From UHGV virus genome UHGV-1368455: a stretch of DNA of 64,000 nt; one strand, given 5' to 3'. A program made the position numbers and the translations under genes. The notes beneath the pieces are model-generated. The model was given only the letters and a program-made list of their open reading frames with translations, searched no databases and had not been told where the DNA came from. Below are positions 22,701 through 35,500 of the stretch, in pieces. Source of the DNA: a virus. Numbering within the stretch: position 1 is the stretch's first letter; the number at the start of each line of letters is the position of its first letter.

Positions 22701-23500
22701 GACAAAAATTTATCGAAGAACATGATAATGGTAAAATTAATGATGCTTTTTTCAATTCTGTAAATAAAGTTCTCGATACTACACAAAGTTATGACAATCA
22801 ACAAACTCGTATGGAAGAATTTGTTGTAGAATGTCTCACTCAACCATTATTTACTGAATGGCTTAATAATACTCAATATGATAATGAAAGTAGTGTTCAA
22901 GGTATTAAACAAAGCAAAAAATCTATACTGCAAAAATTAATGGATATTTTGCTAAATTTATTTGGTATTAAAGACCGAAAAATAAATGATTTTAGTATCT
23001 TAGCACGTGAATATGTAATACTTGGTAAAGGTAATAATCCTACTACTAATAATGATTTATTTAGTCAACATCTGACTACAACATCGACTGCTGCAAATAC
23101 TGTCGATACAGATAACACAAACTCCCCCGTAGAGGGACAGCCGGCATCTCCTACTGCTATTGATAATCAACCGCCTGCTATTAACCCTGCTACTGGTGAA
23201 AATGTAGAAACTACTACAAATGATTATATTCCTATTGATGAAGACGGTGTATTTACTATGCCTGACGATGAAGATTATGACCCTGCTGATGGTCTTAAAG
23301 CTGCTACTGATTTGATTGAAAATAATGATACTACTGCTGAAATATATTCTGTTCCTATTGCTGATGGTGCTGATATTAGCACATTTGGCGTTCGGACGGT
23401 TAACGATATGAGCGATTTTGTTAATACGTTCCCGATGCAATATCGTGCCAATATTAAGCAAATACTGGCTTCTAATGAACTTAACTATACTTGTGCTTAG
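16787..23500 (+). CDS. giant virion or cargo protein (2237 aa) with a zincin-like HExxH motif
   Basis: Uninterrupted 6.7-kb ORF. HENIH at 22604-22618, with E residues downstream (…ERQRIVTELEDV). Two in-frame repeat copies (NPSTGEVEQ and NSPVEGQ). Its size and position next to the RNAP-like giant protein resemble crAss-like ejected-protein modules. Confidence 0.65.
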   Translation: MPNNVITGNSFVDKIRPYIPNPEYNPKTKKGRVQPPILVDSSAPAINDNFMSRTMNSVNRLTFTGRELGFTNEEIESDADLGITLSPYNTVDELNKARADSQSALSQFGNFLAQAGLGEVLVGTMEGFGNIFDGAKQFVTGDNYESSAWTRFWEDIHNDIKDKFKIYRENPNADWDLSDFGWWMDNAVSVATTASLMIPAAGWARGISMLGRIGKIGKGINAVTRWASKGLSNWSKAARTGNKYAQIRAAASINKTINNAAEITGTALLSRTGENYMEGRQVYDEVYTNSKENLDNMPDTEFQKFLARHPEFRNQSKDDIAKEIARQSANETFYNDYWMLLMDIPQFKALGSLWGKPMQRASKASERIAAENVRRTLAGKKAEDLIKNNLLNRTKEGFKYAFKHPTKSAVITQLGEGFEEMYQGIQSEKGMEVATKYFDPSFTPRSLTSYFTDGSIWEQGFWGWIGGMAFTPAGQAIQKGSHAIKGLYNKKHMTAEEYEQWQRANRNIGAEKINNVTITAKEFIDNMNKINEGKNPFNFVVNKDTGTKIIKDGQLVEETIDDEQKELLKQEAIDKFVTDTAFDAIDSGVYPLMQEILNSSEFDQYLTKNGATVNGNDKAISKEISNRMEAISDMYQNELRNVNNLTDKANPFATIAAARSLVRTKLQLEDYENQLGNIAARMEEANDNQTDFNPYIERRKYNYAKRQLDNIERQEQIIATQYANKEIGASARDQYMKELDAQRKVWQDYIMNNTSKGAIEETMRTIQEDESIPDNMKKDFYTIMRNLDKQIASATEVSIPSDTIKELIDEEITIESRRNYTQAQLPLDEADYKNVYNEFAMAMDQMYRKRIDGDIDTVKNYLNNAKDLDEAINNVLSENTGISKVDNALKSIRYGYFNQNKDMRGQITNNLQMELIIEEARKNRKKAENLQAEAEQSGTVLPESEAGQQQEQEEAAINQQETQDENGNPSTGEVEQTTTANTDTTIATDNTNLERAESQQAQATVGAPEQEVETRQTGHEHDVNPMQVDVAQDEAEVQRKLAQTIDANSLRAELAARKYVMQIGFKEGAKLDAITQALQNKDESKLAEFIQEITDFLTKQGFDDDISKIMAQRALVSTINMYGAMNEKSAFGRLATQLAIGLNEAAAKKYSATELINGKGLDEVVDAFMEEFVKVTNNLKLSNGKYIINLKTLFNYLIHNESIDGKTAVQIYNNLNEYIASSVNTKYIFTGYDTKRGLYQTGEEFIHQVEEQRKQEISSRNQMHIHLIEPEQRNKEFNDAMLAAANGAPSHIEEQRNKAGELTNLNVIVDWEKNGKKKSTKIGILRTVHYSQDARKIYPNSHYSGFRNEITRNDDGTVSLDCDNLFYAICDATTTDGFNLRNAIADYFEKRLALLQDESLTPAGLNKALNALITPEFISSIVDNPLIEELINQGRYKPYVEAEDIEDIHDDEKSMRRLTAIRLAEDISKVLFYADGYAENNVASEVNDFAVDSYTLRERYKTWKDKVYDNYTHTYELQKAINNNENKSATINVNVGFVTRLNEAPEDSQPNIADQDFNPIPNTDGYTPFVYYSNGKLVDEYGNDYGYAPSGFGDYSMGFIVHTDGVQSFIAACRTTANVKNTKMHKAVIAEVADIITAQINNINNSNHADNFNVVKERLEELFGPGGLFYFGNINLVTDSNERFITIQYKQGRGKDAKYTNITTFHSINKDGITPSNAITIYDNAGKVLTNITSINAETQGILNKLTQTLTDNFVINRSQIGMTKQTKSGGTPRIFTWNGENFIVHLGAKDYTYKNYGDFIFQTAGFTTNLVSKNGSFVTRYIDTRHVTMDTHINKKQKITQKANTAVSDYLYNERNPKRKTADTEEILKRAGVPQEKIDILLGTNSKIPFVTKQISLSNVDDGKTNAFYNKKDKKIYITPRGASVMNGSSTNAIRIILHENIHRLFNSSKYTNAERQRIVTELEDVYNFVRQKFIEEHDNGKINDAFFNSVNKVLDTTQSYDNQQTRMEEFVVECLTQPLFTEWLNNTQYDNESSVQGIKQSKKSILQKLMDILLNLFGIKDRKINDFSILAREYVILGKGNNPTTNNDLFSQHLTTTSTAANTVDTDNTNSPVEGQPASPTAIDNQPPAINPATGENVETTTNDYIPIDEDGVFTMPDDEDYDPADGLKAATDLIENNDTTAEIYSVPIADGADISTFGVRTVNDMSDFVNTFPMQYRANIKQILASNELNYTCA
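19688..19714 (-). repeat. dispersed element, copy 5 (reverse)
   Basis: TAATCCCTCTACGGGGGAGGTTGAGCAA. In the 2237-aa CDS, encoding NPSTGEVEQ. Confidence 0.9.
23120..23140 (+). repeat. dispersed element, copy 6
   Basis: AACTCCCCCGTAGAGGGACAG. In the 2237-aa CDS, encoding NSPVEGQ. Same extended form as copy 1. Confidence 0.9.
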
Positions 23501-23531
23501 TGATTAATCAACTATATATACTAAATGGATT

Positions 23532-26500
23532 GTGGGGCTAATAACAGCTTTCACAATCCATAATATTTTTTCAAAACAACAAATTCAAACTATTGTTCAT
23601 TATAGTGATGAATCTTATAACGGAGATAGTAATATGAATTGTACAATTAATGACCTTAATTTATCATTTGATAAAGATAATCGGCTTCGTACCACAATTG
23701 GACGTGTGGCTGGTTGGAGTGTTGATAAGGCTTATGTCCTTGCAAGTTTTCTTCAAGATGAAAGTTTTAAGAAGTATCTTTCTAAAATGCTTACAGATAA
23801 AGATATTATAGGAGGTGCTGCTATTGACTTGAAGAATATAACCGATAACGATTATATAAATATTAATCAGAATAAACTTGGTAGTCTGCTTAATGTTTAT
23901 TATATTGACCATTATCATAGTGTAAATAATAGTAAAACTAATAAAGCTCTTGGTAGACTCAATGGCTTTAGTAGTGGTACAGCTAAAACTGTGGGCTTAA
24001 ATTATACAGCCGACCGTATTATTGATAAATACTATGACGAATTTGGTAAAGCTAAACCTAAAAAATCACAAGAAATAATTGCTGAAGTTATTAATGATAT
24101 TGAGCATGAACTTTATAAGCAAGTTAATTTATTTGCAAATAATGTTATTAGTAGCGATAAATATTCTAAAGCAGCTCGTGATTATGCTCAAAAATTTATA
24201 GATATTATTAAACGTATTGAAGAAAATAATAATAAAATAAAAGAAACTACTATTTTCGCCAATGCTAATAAAAATCAACTTCGTCAATATAATGGTAAAA
24301 AAGTTACTGAAGAAGAAAAATCTATAATTAAACGACTTACCGATATTGATAAACAATATAAAGAAGAACTCGCTTCGCTTGGTAAAGATAATGCTCGCGC
24401 CGCGTTAGACCGTTATGTTATTGCACAAAACTTAGTTAATCTTTATGCAAACAATGTTGATGGTGCTTTGAATAAACGTCTTCGTAACTTTGCTAATCTT
24501 GTTGCTCAAATGAAAGGAGATACAAATGGTTGGTTCTTTCAAGTTATGAATACTAAACGTATGACTTCTATTGTTAAAGAATTTAATAATATTGGTGACA
24601 TAGAAGAATATATTGAACAACAAGACGAAAATAATGACAATATTATTGATAAATATAATGGTCAAGATGTAGACCAAACTACTAAATCTTGGGAAGATAG
24701 TCTTTATAAATCTTTTAATTCTGCCATTAGCGGAAAGATGAGAATTATACTTTCTCGTGTTCCTAAACTTTCTTCTCCTTTTAATCCTACTGCTGAAATA
24801 CAATCGCTTGATACAGAAAATGAACTTGGAGTTAAAACCTATATGGATGCTCAATTTATTACTGTTCAAATGTTTAGCTTTGGTGATTTCAGTGATATTG
24901 AATCTATGGTTAGAAGCATTGAACGTAGAGCCAATACTGTTGAAGAACTTTATGGTATTGGAATGCTTGTTAATCAAATGAAACAAGATAAAGTTTTTGC
25001 TAATTATATGTATGCCAATTTCGCTAAACCTCTTGTTAATAAAACAATGTGTGTTATTAGCGATTTAACTAAAGAAAGTGGTATTACTTTTAATTATAGT
25101 AATGCTAATGCTTTCTATTCTACTAAAATGGCATTTGATATGATGAATAAACTTCGTGCTTCTTATAATACTCAATATGATATTAACGATTATAAAACTA
25201 TTCAAGCCCTTGGTAATAAACTTCGCAATCCTAAACTACCAATAGAATTTGATGATACTGAAATTATTTACAATACTTTACTTAAATATTTTCCTAATAT
25301 TAAACGTGAAGTTTATGATAATTTTTTACGTGGAATTAAAGATGATAAACGCAATGCTTTAATTAATTTTACTCAAAATCTTATAGCTATTATTAATGGC
25401 GCTGGTGCTCTTAAAACTAAAATTAACACTGCTATTGAAGAATCTAATAGAAAATATAATAATGCTAAGAAAAAGTTTAATCAAGATTATAATGCCTATT
25501 TGGAAGCTGGAGATACTCAAGCTGTTAAGCAAATGAAGTATCCAACTTATCAAGGAGTTGATTATACTGAATATGATTTAGACCCTAATACTCTTAAAGC
25601 TGTTATTAGACTTGCAGAAAATCTTTCAGATTATTCTGCTTCTAAAGCTCGTCTTAATACTGCTAACGCTGAGGGCAATACTGCTTCTGATGTAACTAAA
25701 AACTGTTATATAACACGTTTCTTTGAACAAATTAATGCTGGTACAGAAGAAGATTCTAATGCTGGCCTTCATGCTTTATTAGATTATATAACACAAGGTA
25801 CTGAAAATGGTAAAGAAAATCAATATTCTAATAATCCTCTTTTCTTTGGTGTTAAAGATGAAAATGGAAGAGTAATTATACCTGGCATGTTTACTCGTGT
25901 CGGAGATATATTTAATATTAATAAAAACGCTAAAGAAATACTTAATTATAGTCTATTTGACGGTACAAAGAATACTCAAAGCGGAAATGGTAGTGGATAT
26001 GCTTCTATGTCTAAACTTGATTTCTTTGTTACTCAATATATAGCTTATGCTAATAGCGTTGGAGATATTAATGAGAATGGTATAAATAAGAAAATAGGTA
26101 ATCTTGACAGTTCTGTTTATGCTATGCGTATTGGCAGTGATGCACCTAAAATTTATATGATACGCGCTCCTCGTTATAATTATCGCCAACTTCAATATGC
26201 TTTCTATAATCATCTTATGGATGAACTTAATATGTATGTTAATAGTCTTAATAAGATATTTAGAAAGAATAATGCTGGAGAATATAAACTTATTACTACT
26301 ACTAATGGTCTTTATGGTAGAGCATTCTTTGATGAAGGTGCTGCTGATAATCTTCGTAAAGACGGAAAGAAAGATATGTCTAAAGCATTTGTTGAAGAAA
26401 ATAATGGTAGACTTCAACTTGCTGGTAAAATGTTTAAGTTTCTACGTCTATTTGATGCTAATGGACATAGTGCAGCAACAGATATTGAAACTGTACTATC

Positions 26501-29500
26501 TCTCTACGGGGGAGTTGATGCGAATGCAACGTCGTTATTTATCAAAGACGGCAGAACTAAACTTAAACTTAATAAAGATTATATTAATAGTGAAAATGGT
26601 TTTATTAAAGAATTAACTGATGAACAAGGTACTCGTTTTGTACTTGATTTAGGTGCTACTCAAAAGAAAGCTCTTTTGAACATTGTCGATAATTGGATGA
26701 AAGATGTTCTTCAAGAATCTACTGCGAGAACAAGTGATTTCGTTCAAGCTATGGAACATAATAATATTCAATATACTCAACCTATGATTCAAAGTTTTAT
26801 TCTTAACGCTTTGAATATGAATATGAATTATGATGATATGTTTGAAGGAGATTTTAAGTTTTATAATAATGCTCGTGATTTCCTTAAACGTACAAAAGAA
26901 AGTCAAGCTGGAGGAGATGGTTGTAGCGGTTATAGATTAACGGAACTCCCCCGTAGAGGGATAACTGAGAATACTTATTTTGGCGAGCCTGAAATTATAA
27001 ATGTTAAGACTGCTAAAAATACAGAAGCTGGGACTTATATTGTTCCTACTTATGATAATGGTAGTATTGTTAACAAGCCTATGACTGCTCGTAATGGTTT
27101 TAGAGCTGTTACTATTCATAATACTATTAAACCTTCTGATGTTGCTATGGACTTGCAAGAAACTCTTGAAGAGGAATTTATTTCTCAAGGTATGAGTAAA
27201 GAGGACGCTCATGCACGTTCAGTTAAAATCGCTGGAGGTTATTTTGCTCAAACAAAAGTTAATGATGCGCAGTCATTTATTACTCTTGAAGAATTTATAC
27301 GTCGTAAATATGCTGATGGTACTATTGGCAATTATCAAGATTTAATTGCTCAACTTCTTGACCCGAATGTTAAAGCTGAAGATATTGATGTAGACGCTGT
27401 TAATGCTCGTATTCAAGTTCAAAAGAACTTCTATTTTGATAAGCAATTCGACCCTTATACTGGAACTTTTGTTCCTCGTCAAATTAAAAACGCTGAATTT
27501 GTACTTATTCCTAAATTGCTTCCACAAGATAGCGATTTAATAAAAGTTTATGAGTGGATGCGTGCTAATGATATTGGACAGCTTAATACAGCTGAAACTG
27601 ATAAAGCCGCTAAGAAAAATATATTTACTATATGGAGTGAAGATACAGGTGAATTTATTGACCCTCGAAATAATAAAAAATTTAGAGAAGATTATATTCA
27701 AAATTATTATTATCAATATCTTTATAAACAACAAGATGTTCCTCAACACATGATTAATGAGGAAAATAAACTTGGAGCACAAATTCAAAAGAAGATTATT
27801 GATAATGTTTCTACTGCATCTAAACAAGTTCAAGATTGGGCTAATGAATATCAAGAAGCTCTTGTTGAAAATATTAGAGAAGATTATATTAGATTTCTTG
27901 ATAGAATGGGATGGGAATATGATTCTGAATCTGGTCATATTGTCAACAGCGAATATGCTACAAAAGATGCAAATGGCAATCCTCTTCCTGCCGAAGTTAT
28001 TAAATCGAATAGAGAAACATTAAATCTTACTGATTTTTATACTCGTGCTCGTGAAGAAGCCGCTCGTTTAGGTATGGATAGTAATTTTATAGAATATCTT
28101 ATTCCCAACGAATTTGGTGTTACTACTATGCCTAACTTAATGAATAATGTTGCTTCTAAACTTGAAAGTGTAGCACAAGCTTTATTTAATAGAACTGTTA
28201 CTCGTCAAACTATGCCTGGATGGCATGCTGCTCAAGTTACTGATGTTGGTTATAGTCGTCGTCTTCTTAAATTTGACCCTAAAACTGGCGTTATGGAAGT
28301 TTATCTTCCTCGTTGGAGTAATCTTCTTCCTAAACCTAAAAATGCTGAAGAAGAAAAGAAACTTCTTGAACAAATAGCTAAAGAAGGACTTGATATACAT
28401 CTCGGTTATCGTATTCCTACTGAAGGTAAACAATCTATATCTGTTCTTAGAGTAGTAGGTTTTACTAACGATGCGCTTGGTTCTACAATAATTGTTCCAG
28501 AAGAATGGGTTACTCAAACTGGTTCTGACTTTGACGTTGATAGTATATATGGTATTAGTTATGAAATATATGCTAAGAAAGATAAGAAAGGTAACATAAC
28601 TGTTTATAAAATACCTTGTGAAGAAGATAAAGTAGATAACGACAATCTATATATTAACTATGTAAACTCTCGTCTTGAAGATAAAGTTAAACGTAGCGAT
28701 ATAGGTGAAGAAATTGAATCTCGTATTAAAGAACTTCGCGATAGTCTTAAAGCTCAAATTGGAGATAAACTTAATTCTAATAACGCTGCATTTGTTGCAG
28801 TTGATACTCAACGAAATGAATTATTTAATAAACTTCCTGCTTGGGCACGTGGTATTATAGTTAATGAGCAAACAAAAGCTAAACGTGTTGCTAAGAAAGA
28901 TAAAGTAAGTGTTGATTTGCGTGGTGAATATCAAGTGATTAATAAATTGTTTGATGAACAACTTACTAAACGTAACTTAGATGATGCTACTGCCGATATT
29001 ATTAAACAATATATGGACTATCAAACTTCGTTGATTAATATAATGAACGAACAAGATGGTATTACTACTTTTGATAAAGACGAATATATTAGTTCTAAAA
29101 AAGATATAATTGCTACTGCTGTTGAGAATGCTCGAAAAGAACAAGTTAAACTTTGCGAAAGTAAAGCTAATGAAGTCGGGTTAATGAGTTATGACGACTT
29201 TATTAAACAACCTCTTATTAAACGTCTTTCTCGTAAAGCTCGCAATAATTATATTCTTGATAGAATGATTAATATTATGAACGATAGAAGTTCTCGTGAA
29301 GAACAGTATGGTCGTTCACAATTTGAAGGTATTGCTGGTGAAGAAACTTCTGCTAATGATATTATTAATAAAATAAGTGGTCAATCTAAACGTAGTTATA
29401 GTCCTTATAATCCTCTTGACCAACTCGATTACTTTGAAGATGCAATGGGGGGCGCTCGTCTTAAAGCTCTTTCTGTAAATTGGGATACATTTGTTAGTAA

Positions 29501-32500
29501 ATGTAATAGAACTCATCCAATTCTTAGTGAAGAAGATGCTGTTGAGTTTGTACTTCCCGATGAACACATAGAAGATAGCGCTATTGATTATGATATTAAA
29601 TCTATAAAGAAAGCATATCCTGATGCTATTAGGAAAAAAGAAATTAAATATGATACTTCTAATATAAACATAAATTATAATACTATTAGTATTGATGACG
29701 CTTATAAGATTTTTGAAAATTTAAGATGGACTGATGAAAATGGTAAACATCATTCTTTATATATGAATTTCAAAGATGATACAATAAGTCTTCAAGAAGC
29801 TATTACTTGTGCAAAAGCTATGGCGTATAGTACTATTAATGGAAATTATAGCGATACTGTTGTTAGAAATATTTGGTTACATAAATATAATAATGAACAA
29901 TTAGTTAATCTTGAAAAAGCTCTTAAAGTTGGCGATGATATAGGTGCTCAAGCCGATGAATGGCCTGCTATTAGAGAAAAGGTTATTGATACTTTTAAAG
30001 AAGCTGCTAATAAACAATTTAGCCCTAAAAGAGAATCTACTGCTCGTAAACAAACTATATTTACAGCTAATAAAATAGGTTGGTCAGATACTAATAAAAA
30101 TCTTGTAGGTGATTTTGTTACTACTTATACAGCTCAAACTACTGCTCATCATCTTGACGCTGTTAAACAAGGGTCTATTCCTAATGTTAATGAATATACT
30201 TTTCATGTATATAAATTCCTTACTACTATTGGTCTTGACCATGAAACTTCTGTAGGTTTTATTCGTCAGCCTGCTATTACTAAACTTGTTGCCAACAATA
30301 ATCTTATTAATTCTGTATTCTTTAGTAGCAAAAATGATGCTGTTAAAATGACTTTAGCTGATATTGCTACAAGATTGGGTCGTAAAGCTAAAGGAAAATA
30401 TGATATAACTCATAATACTTCTCTCGGAGTTATATTGAATAGTCTTAAAGAAGATGGATGGTTTGTAGAAGAGTTCAAATATCAAACAGGTATTGATATT
30501 ACTAAAGTAAATAATAATAAAATTCTTAAACTTAGAATACCTCTTAATAAAGCTGATATATTTAAACGTATTAAAGATGAAGCTACTAAAACTGGAGATG
30601 TATATGAAAATGCTGTTCAAGACGTTATAGTTCTTATTCAATTTAGTCAATATAAACGTACTACTGATAAACTTAATGAGTATATACAAGCTCTCAATGC
30701 TGACAAGATAGGTGCTGCTCCAAGTATTCGAGAAACACGTCAAATGAGAGACAGAATTAATAAACTTCGTCAAGATTCAACTCTTACTATTGATGGAGAA
30801 TCTATGATTAATAAAATTTATCCTGCTGATAAATATAATTCAAATGCTATTAAAGTAGATGAATCTGTATATGCTCCTATTGCTGCTGTTTATTCTATGG
30901 CTACTCTTCCAAGTATTGAAGTTGGTGGTAAAATCTTTACTATGGAAAATGAAGATTTTGCTATTGCTGAAGAAACAGTCCAACAAACTATTCATAAAAG
31001 ATTAAATATCGAAGAGTATAAAGAGTATAAACGTTATGCCGTCGCCACATTATATAATACGATTAGCAAGCTATTGACGCCTTTGACGGTTGATGAACGA
31101 GGACGCATTATACCTTATTCAGAAGAGATAGTTAATGAGGACACAGAGCTAAAAACAGCTTCACCATACTGGGATAGAGAACGTTCTCGTATTGTTGGTT
31201 ATGGTATTACTGATGAAGGTAATTTCAAATGTGCTAATGTTAATGCTCCTACTGCTGATGAAATTAAAGAATATCTTAAACTTACTCCTGCACAAAAAAT
31301 TATATTTATACAACGTAATTTCTCTGATAATCAAGGAGTATTTAATAATATAAAAGTTACTCTTATTAATAATACTGACGTTCGTAATAAAGGTATTAGT
31401 AGACAATATCTTAATTATGATGACCAAGTTGATAGTATTGAGGATTTGTTTAGTATGTTTGAAAATAGTTTTAGTAATCATAATCCTCTCATTAAACTTG
31501 CCGCTGTTGATTTAATTAAATACGCTTTTATAGCTGAAGGATTTAATTTTAAGTCTGGTTATATTACTAAGATAATTCCTAACGATACTCTTTACTCTGA
31601 TATTAATGACGGAGGTATGGATATTATTGAAGATATTAAAACTAAAGGCGAAGCCTTATATCATATTATTCAAAGTGAAGAATTTATTAATAATTTTATG
31701 CGCAGTCATAGCGGACTTGCTCCGCTTTTTACTTTAAGTCCAAAAGATAAAACTACTAATATATTTATATCTTGTAGTAATATTGATGGACTTGTTTCTT
31801 TCGATATGACTACTGAAAATACTCAAGCTACATGGTTGCATAGTCAGCTTATGCTTCAACGTTATATTGATGGTTATATAAGAGTTACACATCCTGTTGG
31901 AGAAAATAAAACTCCTGTTACTACTTTATATAAAGTTCTTGGACGAAATGAAATTACTGACGAAAATGGATTTGTTAAAGGTTATAAAGACATATATCTT
32001 GTTCCTCTTAATCTACTCGATAAATATGAAAGTTATGATATAAGTTATAATCAAAACTATAATCAATTTAATGATTATTCTTATTATGTAGACAGAGTAG
32101 ATAATCTTGCTAATGAAACCGAAAGTTATCGTTCTTATAATATTAATAAATTTCAGGAATATAAGGAAAAAATGCTTACTACTGATAAAAATGATATTAA
32201 TACTCGTGCTCAATATTCTAAAATGTCAGAACAATATTTACGTGAAAGTCAACGAGCAAGAAGTAAAGCTATTGATAAATATCCTGGCAAATCTAATCCT
32301 ATTGGTAAGTTTAATCCTACTACTAATAAAACTTTTAACAATCCTAATGCTTTAATGGAACTTGCTGAAAGTTCTGATAAATATTTAGCTGGTGCTGTAT
32401 CTAAATTTATTAATGATATTAATCAAGCATTTATTTCTAAACTTGCAAGTGGAGATAATATTGGTATGTTTGTTGTTAATAATTCATATCAACTTAATAA

Positions 32501-35500
32501 TCTTATACCTGCTGGCACATTTATAATACAAGATTTTACTAATGAAGATGGAGATATTGTTAGATTGCAAATCGGTCATACTCCTACTAAAAATTTACTT
32601 AAAACTATTTATAATATTACTCATGGCAAAAATGATAGTAACATAAATCTTAAATATGCTATTAAACAACTTGCAGAAACTAATACTCGACCAAATGCTG
32701 CTAATTATTTCTATATAACACAAGTTCCTCTTACTAATGAAGAAGCTGAAGAAAGATTAAATGCAGCAACCGATTTAATTGCTGATGATTCTGTCGTTGA
32801 AGACGCTGGGCTACCCCGTAGAGGGACATCTCGTGTCAATATTGATGTTGTTAGTGCTTCTGTTATGAAACAAATTCAATATGAAGCTCTTAAAAACAAT
32901 AATGCTATTGCAAGACGTTTTATTCAAACTATGGAACGTCGTGGTATTAATAGAAATTATCGTAGTTCTCTTGCTGAACACCGTAAAGATATTTATCGTG
33001 CTGCCGCAAGATATTATCAATCTGCTGCAAATAGTCTTATTAATGCTCTTAATGGTTATGAAATAGCTGGACAAACACTTCGTATGGATAGTCCTGAGTT
33101 CTTTGAAGAACTTGCTAAACATGATGAAGAATTTAATAAAGTAGCTAAAATTATTCTCGACGCTGTTACTTTTGGCAATCGTATAGCTCCTATTATGCAA
33201 CTTGATATTGCCGCTGAAGATAAAGAAACTAAAGAAGGTATTCAATCTATTCAAAATAGTATTAATTCTATTAGAACTAATACAGGATTTAAGACCGCTC
33301 TTGCTAATATGTTTAATATATATTTCAAAAAATATTCTACAAATCCTGACATTAGTGATGGTATTCTTAATCTTCGTGACCAATTTGGTGATATAGATAC
33401 CATCGTTGCTCTTATTTCTGACCCTGCTGAAATTAATAATAATGAAGTTCAAGTTATTCTTAAAAACATTTATAGTATGTTTAGTAAAGCAGAAATGTTT
33501 GATACTGAACGTAATATAAAAGAATGGAAAGAACAACTTACTAAAATTGATGCTATGACTGAAAGTCTTGATATGGATAAAATTATAGATTCTGAACACG
33601 GTATGCTTCGTCAAGACTATAATGATAAATACCTTGAAGATAAACAAAAAGTTATTGATGATTTTAATGAGGCTCGCAAATATAAAGATGAAAGTCAAGA
33701 AGCATTTACTAAATATATTAAAGCTAAATATGCTCGTGATGAATTTATGTATAAACATCAACATCAACTAATTGTTGATGATTATTATAAAGAAGATTTG
33801 GCTATGCGTAAAGAAGTTATGGATAAAGCCAAAGATTTATATTATGAGTATATGCGTTATATTACTGAACTTTATAATTTGAATACTGGAGAAGATGAAG
33901 ATAATGAAGATGTTAAGAAACGTAAAACAGAACTTATCAATCATATTACTGCAATACGTGCTGACAACGATATAACAGGAGAACTTAAACCTATTCAGCA
34001 ACGTATGAAAGTTAAAGCACTTAATGATTATATTACTAAACATAGAGAACTTGCTCATAAATATTTTAATACACAAGAATATGATGGTTTTCAAGAAGAC
34101 TATAATCGTTATAATGATTATATTAAATATCATGATAAAACTCATAAACGTTTAAGTCTTGAAGAAAAACTTGATGACCCAGAATATCGTGAAGCATATA
34201 ATTGGATTAAAAATAATGGTAAACTTAGATATACTGATGAAGCCGCTGTTAAAATTGCAAACGCTTTTGATGTATTAACTAAACGTCAAACTGCTATTTC
34301 TAATAAGACTTTGCATGCTATTCGTAAAATGGAAGGTGTTATTGATGATAATGGTATTATTGATGGACGTAAGTTAACAAATGAACAAATTGCTCAACTT
34401 CGTGAAGAAGAAATGGATGAACTTGCTACTAAATATGAGAATGGAAATGGAGAAATGATGCTTATCAAAATGATTTCCGTTCGTCCTCCTATTATGAATA
34501 GTCGTCCAAAGGATGATGAAAGTAAAAAAATACTTATGGATTTACAATATAAAGATAATAAACTTAAATTTAAGATTATTCAAAATATTAACGAAATACT
34601 AATGAAAGCTGTTGACGCTGATACAGGAGAAGTCAATATGGTTTATTTATTTAATAATAATTATGTTACTAATGAAGATAGAGAAGAACTTGCTGAACTT
34701 TATAATCAATTACGTTCTTTAAGAAGTGAATCTCTCCGTAAGTTTAAGAAGAGAAAAAACAAAGTTTATGAAGATATTATTGACAATAATGCTTATAATA
34801 AAGCTAAAATATTTTATGATACTCTTCCAAAAGGTTCTATTCAAGCCAAACAATGGCTTAATATATTTACTGAATTAGATGCAGACGGCAATCTTGTTCC
34901 TAACAGTAATTTATTTGGTTATCATCAAGCTAAAGAAGATTTTATTGACCATGATAAAACTAATGCAAGAGATTTTATATTTGATAATATAGAGTTTGTT
35001 CCTAATGAATATTATTGGTTAGCTGCTGAAGAACATAAAGAAAAAGGTGATTATGATGAATGGTTTAGACAAAATAATGTTTATAATCCTTATACTCATA
35101 AATATGAGCCTTTGAAAATATGGACTACAATGCAAGCTAAACCTGATAGCGAACTTGCTAAATCTATTGAATATGTGCCTACGTTTGATAATATGGAACG
35201 TAGTGTTAAAGAAGAATATATCAATACTAATTTCAAAGAATTTAGTCCTAATTATAAGAAAGGTGATTCTAAATATGATACTAATATTAAACTTAATCTT
35301 AAAGAACAAGCACTAAAAGATTTAATTCAACAAACGTTGAATAAATATGCTACTACTTATCAAGGACGTAAATTTGTCGGACGTGGATTTTTACCTCGTT
35401 CTCGTTCTGTACAAATTAATCCTCGTTGGGCTGGTGGTCAATTAATGTCTTTATTTGGTGTTAGTTGGCATAGTGGTGCCGATAGTGATAGTTTCCATGA

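Noticed and set aside
17139-22843. Numerous antisense and alternative-frame ORFs inside the 2237-aa gene (for example 17369-17767, 21761-22471, 20999-21340)
   Set aside because: I/F/N/K-rich low-complexity translations on the strand opposite an uninterrupted 6.7-kb ORF. These are AT-rich codon-bias artefacts.
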